A stretch of 64,000 nucleotides of DNA from Candidatus Altiarchaeota archaeon (GTDB lineage Archaea; Altiarchaeota; Altiarchaeia; IMC4; SCGC-AAA252-I15): contig JAZDIN010000024.1 in the NCBI GenBank assembly GCA_043804895.1, positions 11,828 to 75,827 of the forward strand, given 5' to 3'. Under the pieces are notes generated by a model that did no database searches, was not told where the DNA came from, and saw nothing but the letters and a program-made list of their open reading frames with translations. The position numbers and the translations under genes are program-made. Below are positions 48,652-57,864 of this stretch, one piece after another (within the stretch, counting starts at the first letter, position 1; the number at the start of each line of letters is the position of its first letter).

Positions 48652-49042
48652 ATCCTCCGTACCTGCATCTTGTTATTCTCCCTTCCCGGAGCAGGTAATA
48701 CACGGTCTTGAAGAGCATGTAGGTGGTGAAAAACAGGTGTATACTTATCCTCTCCGCTGGGTTAACAAGCCCATCAGATGACGTAACGAGTTTGTCATCC
48801 TCACGTCCATCATCAACGAACTTTACTACCCCAGCCTGTTTGACTTCGACTGAGGCGCCCTGTCTGAGCCGCGACCCTAACACTATCGAGTCCCTGGGCA
48901 TTCCGTCCGCTCCTTCCGTGCCTTCCACAAAGCCGTAGTTGAAGAACGTGGGGAGAGGTGATGTGAACTCCTTCACGAACCCGCCCTCCACTCTCCTGTA
49001 TTTGACGAGACTCCACCTGGGCGTCTCCACCACAACCCTCAT
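48626..49042 (-). CDS. ppa: Short, divergent family I inorganic pyrophosphatase-like protein
   Basis: VVETP...KY, NYGFVEGT...DGMPRD, DDGREDDKLV. Confidence 0.7.
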   Translation of the reverse strand: MRVVVETPRWSLVKYRRVEGGFVKEFTSPLPTFFNYGFVEGTEGADGMPRDSIVLGSRLRQGASVEVKQAGVVKFVDDGREDDKLVTSSDGLVNPAERISIHLFFTTYMLFKTVYYLLREGRITRCRYGGFTPLPSVV

Positions 49043-49184
49043 AAGCGATGAAACCGCCCTCCTCTGGGGGGGGCGGTAAATGTATGTATCTACTATTGCG
49101 GTTTCAAGCTTATCAAACCGGCGACTTTTGTCGCCGGTTACTGATAGATTGGATATTAACCAGAGCAGCAAATTAATTGACGCC

Positions 49185-50846
49185 ATGGAATTCCAGAGGC
49201 TTGCGAGCGTCCTAACACGGTTGGAGGCCACCTCAGGCCGCCTGGAGATGACGGATATAGTGGCTGATTTTCTGAAGGAAGCGCCGGACAGTTCACTCTC
49301 CAACGTGCTACTCTTCCTTCGGGGCACGCCTTTCCCACCATGGAGCAACCTCGAACTCGGCATAGCAGACAAACTGATGGCCAAGACCCTCTCATCAGTG
49401 TCAGGTCTAACTGAGGAGAAAATCAACGACATGGTGAGGGAGAGGGGGGATATTGGTTTGGTGGCTGAGGTTATACTCGTCAAGAAGCAGCAGACAACAC
49501 TTTTCTCCTCAAGGCTGACGGTGGAGAAGGTCGCGGAAAACCTCGGCAGGATGGTCTCGCTCACAGGAAAAGGCTCGCAGGAGCGGAAGTTCGCATACCT
49601 GAGCGAGTTAATGTCGAACGCCTCAGCAGAGGAGTCCAAGTACATAGTCCGCCTCGTACTCGGCCAGCTTCGGGTCGGAGTCGGCGATGGAGTAATACGG
49701 GATGCGATAGCGAAGGCATACGGCGTGGAGCCTGCTGCAGTTGAGAACGCCTACAACATGAGGCCTGACTGGGGGGAGGTGGCTTCGGAAGCTAAGAACA
49801 ATGGCGACATAGGCTTGGCTGGGTACGGGATAGTCGTCGGCAGCCCTGTGAAGGTGATGCTCGCCCAGAAGGCCGCGGACTTGAAGGATGCTCTCTCTGA
49901 GGGTGAGATGCAGCTTGAGGTGAAGTACGACGGCGCCAGGGTGCAGATACACAAGAACGCCGATAAAGTAGAGCTTTACACCCGCAGACTAGAGAACGTC
50001 ACCAAACAGTTCCCGGAAGTCGTGGAAGAGTCATTGAAGAACATCAACGCAGAGTCAGCTGTCGTGGAAGGGGAGATTGTCGCGATAAACCCGACAGATA
50101 GGAGGCCTCTGCCGTTCCAGAACCTGAGTAGGAGGATTAAGAGGAAATACGACATCGGGGAGGTGCTGGAGAAGATTCCTGTTGAGGTGAACCTATTCGA
50201 TGTGATTTACCTAAATGGGAAGAGCAAGCTCAGTGAGAAATTCATAGAGAGGAGGAGAATACTCTCTGAGATTATCACTCCCTCAGAGCGTTTCCGCCTT
50301 GCCGAGAATCTGGTGACATCAAACCTTAAGGAGGCTGAGAAGTTCTACAAGAAGGCACTATTGGCAGGTCATGAGGGTGTGATGGTGAAAAACCTTGAAG
50401 CGCCTTACCAGCCGGGAAGCAGGGTCGGGTACATGTACAAGGTGAAACCAGTCATGGAGTCGCTCGACCTTGTGGTCACAGGAGCAACGTGGGGTGAGGG
50501 TAGGAGAGCGAGTTGGCTTGGCAGCTACCTTCTGTCAGTGTACGACCCGGAGCGGGGGGAGTTCCTGGAGATTGGGAGGATGGCCACAGGCCTCACAGAC
50601 GAGCAGTTGAACGAACTAACCGAACTCTTCAAACCTCTTATCGTCTCGCAAGATGGCCGTGAAGTCCAGATTAAACCCCAGTATGTGTTTGAGGTAGCCT
50701 ACGAGGAGGTGCAGAAGAGCCCCACCTACGGTTCAGGCTACGCCTTGAGGTTTCCGCGCCTTGTGAGGGTGAGAGAAGATAAGGGAATAGAAGAAGCTGA
50801 CACGATAGAGAGAGTGGAAGCGCTGAGTAGACATGGGAGAGGGTAG
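49185..50846 (+). CDS. lig: ATP-dependent DNA ligase
   Basis: KYDGARVQIH, EGVMVK, DLVVTGA, ALRFPR. Confidence 0.96.
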   Translation: MEFQRLASVLTRLEATSGRLEMTDIVADFLKEAPDSSLSNVLLFLRGTPFPPWSNLELGIADKLMAKTLSSVSGLTEEKINDMVRERGDIGLVAEVILVKKQQTTLFSSRLTVEKVAENLGRMVSLTGKGSQERKFAYLSELMSNASAEESKYIVRLVLGQLRVGVGDGVIRDAIAKAYGVEPAAVENAYNMRPDWGEVASEAKNNGDIGLAGYGIVVGSPVKVMLAQKAADLKDALSEGEMQLEVKYDGARVQIHKNADKVELYTRRLENVTKQFPEVVEESLKNINAESAVVEGEIVAINPTDRRPLPFQNLSRRIKRKYDIGEVLEKIPVEVNLFDVIYLNGKSKLSEKFIERRRILSEIITPSERFRLAENLVTSNLKEAEKFYKKALLAGHEGVMVKNLEAPYQPGSRVGYMYKVKPVMESLDLVVTGATWGEGRRASWLGSYLLSVYDPERGEFLEIGRMATGLTDEQLNELTELFKPLIVSQDGREVQIKPQYVFEVAYEEVQKSPTYGSGYALRFPRLVRVREDKGIEEADTIERVEALSRHGRG

Positions 50847-50894
50847 TTAACATTTGCTATCAGGTATGGTGCTAGAATGAAGCAAAATCATGCC

Positions 50895-51818
50895 CTATAT
50901 GTGGGAATTCAGAGCATATTCGACTAATGCTCCCCTGATCCCCCTCTTTTCCTTGGCGTTTCCTACAAGCGGATAGTGGCTGACCAACTTTTCAAAGAAC
51001 TCCCTTTTGGCTAGGTCGTCATTAACCCTAAAACCATTGAGAAATTTGGAATTCAGATAGCTGTAATCTATAGAAAATGCAGAGAGTATCGAATTGGCGT
51101 TACCCCAGTCTGGACGCTCTACATAAGACTCAGTGAAGTCTATTAAGCCCACAGTATTGTTAGGGAATACTGTGATATTCCCCCCGTGGGGGTGTCCATG
51201 CTGTATGTGGCATCCGTTGAAGTCTAGAGAATGCATCCTGCCAATCATGTCAGCGACGTTCTTCAAAACTTTTTTGACGTCCAACTTCGTGAGTTCAGAT
51301 GGACTTAGAGTGGAGATAGACGGCGCTTCTCTTTCGATTAGGTATAGGCTCGACATCCACTTGTTGCGCAGGATTTCAGGGCACCCAGGGTACCGTCCTT
51401 TTTTGACTGCCTTGATAATGTCCTTAATGGTATCCTTCTGGCCCCTCAGGGACTCATCACCCATGAACTCCCTCAACAAACCGTCGGCTACTGCCTTCTC
51501 TCCTAGGCGGTTCTTGTAGTTCACCACCTCGTTAATCACACCCCTCCATTTATCGTCATCAAGTCGCATCAATATCTTTTCTGCTCTAATCCCATTTTCA
51601 TTGAGGAATTTGATTATCTCAACCTCCATATCTGACCTAGAGACTATGAAGTGTGAAGAATTGCATCGAGTGGACAGTATGAGCTTGTGCCTTTCGGTAT
51701 TTTCAACTGAGGATATTCCAGCGAATCCTAAAGTCTTAGGAAAGCCATCATTAACCAGAACTGGCACAACTATCTCCGAATCGTTTTCTTTGCTTTTCTG
51801 TCGGTTCACGTTAAACAC
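50895..51818 (-). CDS. Protein-kinase-like fold protein with atypical catalytic loop
   Basis: IGRMHS...HGHPHGGNI...GLIDF; AT-richer; start uncertain. Confidence 0.55.
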   Translation of the reverse strand: MFNVNRQKSKENDSEIVVPVLVNDGFPKTLGFAGISSVENTERHKLILSTRCNSSHFIVSRSDMEVEIIKFLNENGIRAEKILMRLDDDKWRGVINEVVNYKNRLGEKAVADGLLREFMGDESLRGQKDTIKDIIKAVKKGRYPGCPEILRNKWMSSLYLIEREAPSISTLSPSELTKLDVKKVLKNVADMIGRMHSLDFNGCHIQHGHPHGGNITVFPNNTVGLIDFTESYVERPDWGNANSILSAFSIDYSYLNSKFLNGFRVNDDLAKREFFEKLVSHYPLVGNAKEKRGIRGALVEYALNSHI

Positions 51819-51849
51819 CGGGACTCTTAAGTTAAAATACGGTACTGTT

Positions 51850-52248
51850 TCAGCTTTTCCTTTGCATTCTCCTGTCTATCTCCTGTGCGATTTCCTCCAT
51901 GTCTTCGAAGATGCGGTCCATGTCCCTTCTCATCTCAGCCATTGTGTTGTGTAGGTTCTCCTCCCTCAGCTCGTACCTTGTGCCGTGCCTGACTACAAGG
52001 CCTGATGAGATGAGTTTGTTTAGGTGGTTTACTACTGCGCCGCGGGATTTTCCTACTCGTTCTGAGATGTCGTCGCTTCTCATGCCTTCGCCGTTGTAGG
52101 TGCTTTCCAGGAGGCTTTTGAATATTGCTTGTGCGGTCCTGTCTTTGTCGATTTGTTCACAGAGGCCTAGTGAGGAGCAGAACCATTCGAGGTCGTTTTC
52201 TAGGGTTTTTTCCTGTGATTTTTTCTTTTTGATTATGCGGATTCTCAT
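51850..52248 (-). CDS. Winged-helix transcriptional regulator
   Basis: SDDISERVGKSRGAVVNHLNKLISSGLV. Confidence 0.8.
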   Translation of the reverse strand: MRIRIIKKKKSQEKTLENDLEWFCSSLGLCEQIDKDRTAQAIFKSLLESTYNGEGMRSDDISERVGKSRGAVVNHLNKLISSGLVVRHGTRYELREENLHNTMAEMRRDMDRIFEDMEEIAQEIDRRMQRKS

Positions 52249-52345
52249 TTTGTGGTATACTATTGGTTACTTGTCTATTTTTATATAGATGTGTATTATA
52301 ATATATCAACAAAATCAGTATAGTTTAAACAAAAGGAGGTAGGGT

Positions 52346-52852
52346 ATGTTCCCATTTGACAAGAAAAAGAGACCATCGCTATTCGGCGACTTCGACTCAT
52401 TCTTTGCCGAATTCGAGGACCAGGAAGGAGAGATGATGAATCATGCGCATGAGAACATGGTATTCTACGGCTACAGCTCATACACCGGCCCGGACGGTAA
52501 GACGACGGTGAGAGAGTACAGCAACATCCCAGGATTCAAAGGGATGCCAGCAGCACAGGAGGAGCAGAAATTGCTTGAAGGCTCATCCTGCGGGAGTGGG
52601 GGGATGGAGGTTGCGGAGCCATATTATGAGGTGGCGGAAGAGAAGGACCAGGTGAAGGTCGTTGCAGACATGCCAGGCGTTGATGAGAAGGAGATAAAGT
52701 TGAATCTGAAAGGCAGCTTGCTCACCATCAAAGCAGGAAACGAACACAGAAACTACAAAGCAGAGATTACACTGCCGGTAGAAGTGCGAAAGAAAGCTGA
52801 GAAGACCCTGTACAAGAACGGAGTCCTAGAGGCAGTCTACAGGAAAGCTTAG
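52346..52852 (+). CDS. Small heat shock protein Hsp20 (archaeal type)
   Basis: YGYS...GPDG, ADMPGV, YKNGVLE. Confidence 0.9.
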   Translation: MFPFDKKKRPSLFGDFDSFFAEFEDQEGEMMNHAHENMVFYGYSSYTGPDGKTTVREYSNIPGFKGMPAAQEEQKLLEGSSCGSGGMEVAEPYYEVAEEKDQVKVVADMPGVDEKEIKLNLKGSLLTIKAGNEHRNYKAEITLPVEVRKKAEKTLYKNGVLEAVYRKA

Positions 52853-53757
52853 TGGTGAGGGTGATGCCTCTTCAGCCTGTGCTCGACATCCTTGTGGGAC
52901 ATAAGATGAAGTTCTATGACGATGAGCCCGAGGAATATCAGCAACCCGCCTGAGATATGATACGACGACAGACGCTCCCCTAAAAGCGTCGTCGAATACA
53001 AGACCCCGAATAGGGGTATGCTCAGGGATGCTAATCCCACGTTCGCTGCGCTCGTGTGCTCGAACGCATAATACCAGAGGTACCGGCCTATAAGGTAGAC
53101 CAAAACAACCAACCCAGTCATGTAGAGGAAGACCTTCGGCTCGAAAATGAGTGGGATCCTATCAGCCGACACCGCAGTCAATATGAGGCCTGAGAAGCCG
53201 TAGTAGCCTATAACTATAACCTCCGGAGGGATGCGGCTTAGATACTTTTTCACCAGGATGTTGGCTGAAGCCCAGAAGAAAGCGGCAAGGAGTAGGAGGC
53301 CGTCGCCGTGGGTTGGTTTCACGTCGACTGTGAAGTTCCTGGTTGCGATTAAGAGTATGCCGCTGACCATCAGGATGGCGCCGATGACATGGTTGATGCT
53401 AAGCTTCTCCCGTAGCATGACGACGCCCATCAGAGCTATCAAGAGCGAATTCAACCTGGTGAGGAGGACCGCATTCGTGGCTGTGGACTCCCTCAGGCCT
53501 GTGACGTAGAAAAGCTGCGCAAGAAGCCCGCTTATGATGCCGACCGCTAGGAGGACTATGAATTGTCTCCTGCTCATCGCATTTATCTCCCGCATCTTGT
53601 GCTCAGCTTCCAGCACGAGGAAGAGTATGAGAGCAGCGAAGACCGATGAAACGGCTGCGAGCACTATAGGGGGCATGTAGGAGAGAAGAACCTTGCCGAA
53701 TGTCGGCTCAAGGGCCAGGAACATGCAGCTGATGAGAGCTATCGTGGTCCCCTTCAT
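52849..53757 (-). CDS. DMT/EamA family transporter
   Basis: Ten TM helices in two EamA repeats; His-rich tail. Confidence 0.88.
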   Translation of the reverse strand: MKGTTIALISCMFLALEPTFGKVLLSYMPPIVLAAVSSVFAALILFLVLEAEHKMREINAMSRRQFIVLLAVGIISGLLAQLFYVTGLRESTATNAVLLTRLNSLLIALMGVVMLREKLSINHVIGAILMVSGILLIATRNFTVDVKPTHGDGLLLLAAFFWASANILVKKYLSRIPPEVIVIGYYGFSGLILTAVSADRIPLIFEPKVFLYMTGLVVLVYLIGRYLWYYAFEHTSAANVGLASLSIPLFGVLYSTTLLGERLSSYHISGGLLIFLGLIVIELHLMSHKDVEHRLKRHHPHH

Positions 53758-53792
53758 TGGTTCTATTTATTGTCCACATCAATATATACTCT

Positions 53793-54434
53793 GTGAAGGA
53801 AATCTTCCCGAAAGTTTATATCGTGGATGGGAAACTGGCGACCGCGAACTCCACCCCAAAGTACAGGGTCTACAACGAGAAGACAATCTACAAGGGAGGC
53901 GTCGAATATAGGATTTGGGACCCGTACCGCAGCAAAGTGGCTGCCGCCCTAGCGAAGGGCATGAAAACATTCCCTGTGAAACCAGGCTCATTCGTACTCT
54001 ACCTTGGCGCATCTTCAGGTACGACGGCAAGCCACATAGCAGACATAGCAGACACCGTGTACTGCGTGGAGTTCAGCAAGAGGATGATGCGGGAGCTGAT
54101 GCTCGTGTGCGAGCGAAAAGAGAACATGATTCCGATATTAGCCGACGCCCGCCATCCCTGGGAATACAGCAACACCGTCGCGCAGGCCGACGTCCTAGTC
54201 CAGGATGTCGCCCAGCCGGACCAATCCGGAATTGTAATCAACAACCATGACACGTTCAAGTTCAAGGACGGCCTCCTTTCCATAAAAGCGAGGAGCATAA
54301 ACTCAGTCAAAGACCCCCAGAAGGTGTTCAGGGCTGAAGTCGAAAAACTGAAAGGCAGATTCCACATCCTGGAGGAGATAGACTTGATGCCATACGAGGA
54401 AGACCACATACTAGTCAACCTCAAGGCAAAATAG
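53793..54434 (+). CDS. flpA: Fibrillarin-like rRNA/tRNA 2'-O-methyltransferase
   Basis: WDPYRSKVAA, LYLGASSGTTASH, DVAQP. Confidence 0.95.
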   Translation: MKEIFPKVYIVDGKLATANSTPKYRVYNEKTIYKGGVEYRIWDPYRSKVAAALAKGMKTFPVKPGSFVLYLGASSGTTASHIADIADTVYCVEFSKRMMRELMLVCERKENMIPILADARHPWEYSNTVAQADVLVQDVAQPDQSGIVINNHDTFKFKDGLLSIKARSINSVKDPQKVFRAEVEKLKGRFHILEEIDLMPYEEDHILVNLKAK

Positions 54435-54532
54435 CATACTCCGCCTTAAAGGGCGGAGTATTACTTATAAACACGCACTATGGACAACATAGTATACTGG
54501 GGTGAAAACGCAATATTCGCGTGTTTGTAATG
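54435..54532 (+). repeat. Structured intergenic element, family 1 copy C
   Basis: ATACTCCGCC-TTAAAG-GGCGGAGTAT hairpin; ends TTCGCGTGTTTGTAATG on the CYTH gene start. Confidence 0.65.
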
Positions 54533-55021
54533 AGGGTTGAAGTCGAACTGAAGGCGCCTTGTAAAGGAGCTGAATCCAAGGTCAAAGCTCTTGGCGGGGT
54601 GTTCGTTAAATCTGAGAAGCAGGTTGACACGTACTTCACACACCCCTGCCGGGACTTCAGGAGGACTGATGAGGCGCTGAGGATAAGGAGGACTGACAGA
54701 CTCACTATAACGTATAAGGGGCCTAAGAGGAAGTCGAAGATGAAGATGAGGGAGGAGGTCGAATTCCCTGCCACAGAGGATGCCTTCAAACTCCTTAAGC
54801 GGTTGGGATTCAAGAAGGCCTTCACAATCAGGAAAAGACGCAGGATTTACAAACTTGGCAGGCTGACCTTGTGCTGTGACTTCGTTGAAGGCCTCGGAGA
54901 ATACGTGGAGGTTGAGTCGTTAGACCCCCGGGACAAAAGTAGGATATTGGGGGTCTTCGAGAAGCTCAAAGTCAAGGATAAGGCGACCACGAACTCCTAC
55001 AGCGATATTTTAGGTATCTGA
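54530..55021 (+). CDS. cyaB: CYTH family protein (class IV adenylate cyclase-like)
   Basis: EVELK, QVDTYF, ALRIR, TYKGP, LGEYVEVE. Confidence 0.88.
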   Translation: MRVEVELKAPCKGAESKVKALGGVFVKSEKQVDTYFTHPCRDFRRTDEALRIRRTDRLTITYKGPKRKSKMKMREEVEFPATEDAFKLLKRLGFKKAFTIRKRRRIYKLGRLTLCCDFVEGLGEYVEVESLDPRDKSRILGVFEKLKVKDKATTNSYSDILGI

Positions 55022-55302
55022 GGCTTCTCGTCAGTGAAGAGTATGTTTATCATCTCCTCAACCCACCCTTTAATTAGGCTGATTACGATAGCGACGCCCA
55101 TGAGGGCTAAGCCCACAGACAGGATATTCGCCCACAACGGGTTCAACCTCCAAAGATCCCAGAACCCTATGTGCTCCAACAGGGGGTTGACAGAATTCTG
55201 GATGAGGGGCATGTAAAGCATCAGCATAGCAAGGATAACCGCTATGAAACCGACCCTAAAGACAGTGTCGAAGAGGAAATTCAACGCCTTCTTGCTGCCC
55301 AT
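54997..55302 (-). CDS. Small two-TM membrane protein (paralog 2)
   Basis: FRVGF...YMPLI...VEEMINILF. Confidence 0.7.
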   Translation of the reverse strand: MGSKKALNFLFDTVFRVGFIAVILAMLMLYMPLIQNSVNPLLEHIGFWDLWRLNPLWANILSVGLALMGVAIVISLIKGWVEEMINILFTDEKPQIPKISL

Positions 55303-55324
55303 AAGATAAAATCGGAACGTCTAC

Positions 55325-55618
55325 TTAAAAACCCTCGACATCCCTGCCGAAGAGATGGTGGACCATGTCCTCCACCAGGTACCTACCAGTGTACAGGACA
55401 ACCGCGACGCCCATCAGCGTGAAGCCAGTAATCACGGCCTGCAGCCATGAAGGGAGCATTAGGAAGCTGCCCCAAGCGTCTGAAATATCCAGTATTGAGT
55501 CCACGGTCACAGCCAATATCGGCATGTACACCGTCATCATCCCCACAACGACTATGAGGAAGCCGACCTTGAATCCTACGCCAAATATGAGGTCTAATTT
55601 GCTCTCCTTTGGCATCAT
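55325..55618 (-). CDS. Small two-TM membrane protein (paralog 1)
   Basis: FKVGF...YMPIL...VEDMVHHLF. Confidence 0.7.
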   Translation of the reverse strand: MMPKESKLDLIFGVGFKVGFLIVVVGMMTVYMPILAVTVDSILDISDAWGSFLMLPSWLQAVITGFTLMGVAVVLYTGRYLVEDMVHHLFGRDVEGF

Positions 55619-55661
55619 AGGATAATATTCGAATTAAACATTTAAAAAGCATATAGTAAAT

Positions 55662-56444
55662 GTGGACATCATTAGGATACTCCGAGACGCCCTCAAGCTC
55701 CTGCGGGACGAACCGAGGGTTTTTGCCCCGAGGATTATCACGACTGCACTGTACTCCCTCTTCGCAGTCTACTCGACTATGCTGACTGCGGAACTTCTCA
55801 CAACCCCAACCCAGCAGCAAATCCACACCATAGTATGGAAGGCCGTTCTCCTCTTAGCCTCACTACCCGCACTGTATTTCATTGACGCCATCACATACGC
55901 GATGTACCCGAGGATAGTGAAAGATTATCTGGAGGGCCACCCAATCAACTTCACGGAAGCTTTGAAATCCGCCCTAGCAGCTTGGAGGGTCGTCGTCGCA
56001 TTGTGTCTTACTATATTCCTGTCACTTATAGCAATCCTAAGCCTGTCAGGCGCACTCCAGTATATGGCAGCCACAACAGGCAATATCTTATTCACATTAT
56101 TGGCGGTCCTGTCCGCGCTGGCGCTAATCTTCGCCTTCTCAGTTGTCGTGTTTTTTGTTGTGCCTGCCGCAGTCCTGGAAGGTAAGGGCGTCCGCGAAAG
56201 CTTCGCTGAGAGTGTGAGACTAGGCCTAAAAAATAAGACAGATATTTTGAAGCTCAACCTCGTCTTCACAGCCCTTGCCATCGTCACGCTGCTTTTCATG
56301 TTCTCAGCAGAGTTCTCCGGTAGCGCGGCCTGGCTGTCGATAGCAGCGTTCATTCTCTTGAGGCTTATGCAGGCCGTAGTGTACACTTACTTGTGTGTCA
56401 CGAACCCGATGGCGTACATCAATATCACAGCCCAAAGGCTGTGA
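55662..56444 (+). CDS. Polytopic membrane protein
   Basis: About six TM helices; FFVVPAAVLEGKGVRESFAES motif. Confidence 0.7.
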   Translation: MDIIRILRDALKLLRDEPRVFAPRIITTALYSLFAVYSTMLTAELLTTPTQQQIHTIVWKAVLLLASLPALYFIDAITYAMYPRIVKDYLEGHPINFTEALKSALAAWRVVVALCLTIFLSLIAILSLSGALQYMAATTGNILFTLLAVLSALALIFAFSVVVFFVVPAAVLEGKGVRESFAESVRLGLKNKTDILKLNLVFTALAIVTLLFMFSAEFSGSAAWLSIAAFILLRLMQAVVYTYLCVTNPMAYINITAQRL

Positions 56445-56562
56445 TATGATCCGGATAGAGCAGACAGACACCATAGGTGTTCATGCACGATTTGAAGGCT
56501 GTGGTCTGCTTTATCTTGGATCAGCGTCAGGGTTAATAACTCCGCCAGAAAATAGTATAGTG

Positions 56563-57828
56563 ATGAGGGTTCTGGTTTACGGGGTAGACGACTTGAAGCC
56601 TGCCATAGATAGGCAGGGAGTCGACTACTCTAAGGCATTCAAGATAGTCCGCGGGATAATAGATTCTGTCAGGAGAGAAGGCGACAAAGCCCTCAGGGAA
56701 TATACTAAGAGGTTTGATGGAGTAAGTATTGGATCAATCCAAGTCTCTAGGACGGAAATCGACAAAGCATACTCAAAGACAGACCCGAAAGTCATCAGAG
56801 CACTTAAACGCGCCCACGCGAACATACAGGCTCTGCACAAAGTCCAATACCAGGGAATCCAGGAGGAATGGTCATACGCAGTGGATGAGGGTGTGTGGGT
56901 TGGAGAGAAGACAACCCCGTTACCTAGCGTCGGTGCCTACGTCCCAGGCGGCAGGGCTGCTTACCCATCGACCGTACTAATGACCGTGACACCAGCGAGG
57001 ATAGCTGGTGTGAAGAGGATTGTCGTAGTATCGCCCCCACCCGTACCCGACTCCGTCCTAGCTGCCTGCAAAATCGCGGGAGTTGATGAGGTCTACCAAG
57101 TCGGCGGGGCGCAGGCCATAGCAGCGCTCGCCTATGGGACAAAATCGATAAGACCAGTCTCGAAGATTGTTGGCCCAGGCAACAAGTATGTGACTGCAGC
57201 GAAGATGCTCGTATACGGTATAGTTAACGTGGACATGCCAGCTGGTCCGAGCGAGGTGCTCATCATAGCTGATGGAAAAGCAAACCCCGTATACATAGCA
57301 GCGGACATCCTCGCACAGGCCGAACACGACCCGAACGCACAATGCATTCTTGCAACGGACTCGGACAGATTAGCTAAAGAGGTTATGAGAGAGGTTGAGG
57401 GAGAGTCAAAGACGTCAAAGAAGGCTGATATACTCTCGCAGAGCCTTAGGAATTTCACAGTAGTGAAGACACAGTCGATTACTGAGGCTGTAAAGTTCGC
57501 GAACGAATATGCGCCAGAACACCTGGAGATACACACGAAAAACCCGGACAACATCAGCAAGAGGATAACCAATGCAGGAGCGATATTCATCGGCCCATAC
57601 TCCCCAGTCGCAGCAGGAGACTACGCCTCAGGAGGCAACCACGTACTACCCACGGGAGGCGCAGCCAGATACTCAAGCCAGCTGACAGTAAGAGACTACC
57701 TGAAGACTACAAGCGTGCAGAAGATTACGAAAGAAGGCCTCAGGAGAATTGCAGAAACGATAACCACCCTAGCCCAGGAAGAAGGCCTAACCGAACACAA
57801 AAAGAGCGTCGAAAAAAGGCTGGGATAG
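56563..57828 (+). CDS. hisD: Histidinol dehydrogenase
   Basis: YVPGG, GGAQAIAALAYGT, DMPAGPSE, QAEH, PEHL, NHVLPT. Confidence 0.96.
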   Translation: MRVLVYGVDDLKPAIDRQGVDYSKAFKIVRGIIDSVRREGDKALREYTKRFDGVSIGSIQVSRTEIDKAYSKTDPKVIRALKRAHANIQALHKVQYQGIQEEWSYAVDEGVWVGEKTTPLPSVGAYVPGGRAAYPSTVLMTVTPARIAGVKRIVVVSPPPVPDSVLAACKIAGVDEVYQVGGAQAIAALAYGTKSIRPVSKIVGPGNKYVTAAKMLVYGIVNVDMPAGPSEVLIIADGKANPVYIAADILAQAEHDPNAQCILATDSDRLAKEVMREVEGESKTSKKADILSQSLRNFTVVKTQSITEAVKFANEYAPEHLEIHTKNPDNISKRITNAGAIFIGPYSPVAAGDYASGGNHVLPTGGAARYSSQLTVRDYLKTTSVQKITKEGLRRIAETITTLAQEEGLTEHKKSVEKRLG

Positions 57829-57864
57829 CAGGACTTAAATCCTCATTCGCTATAATCCTCCAAT

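Noticed and set aside
49040-49150. Fluoride riboswitch or hammerhead near ppa
   Set aside because: GAUG and CUGAU words lie on the strand opposite ppa, and the required pseudoknot or core order is absent.
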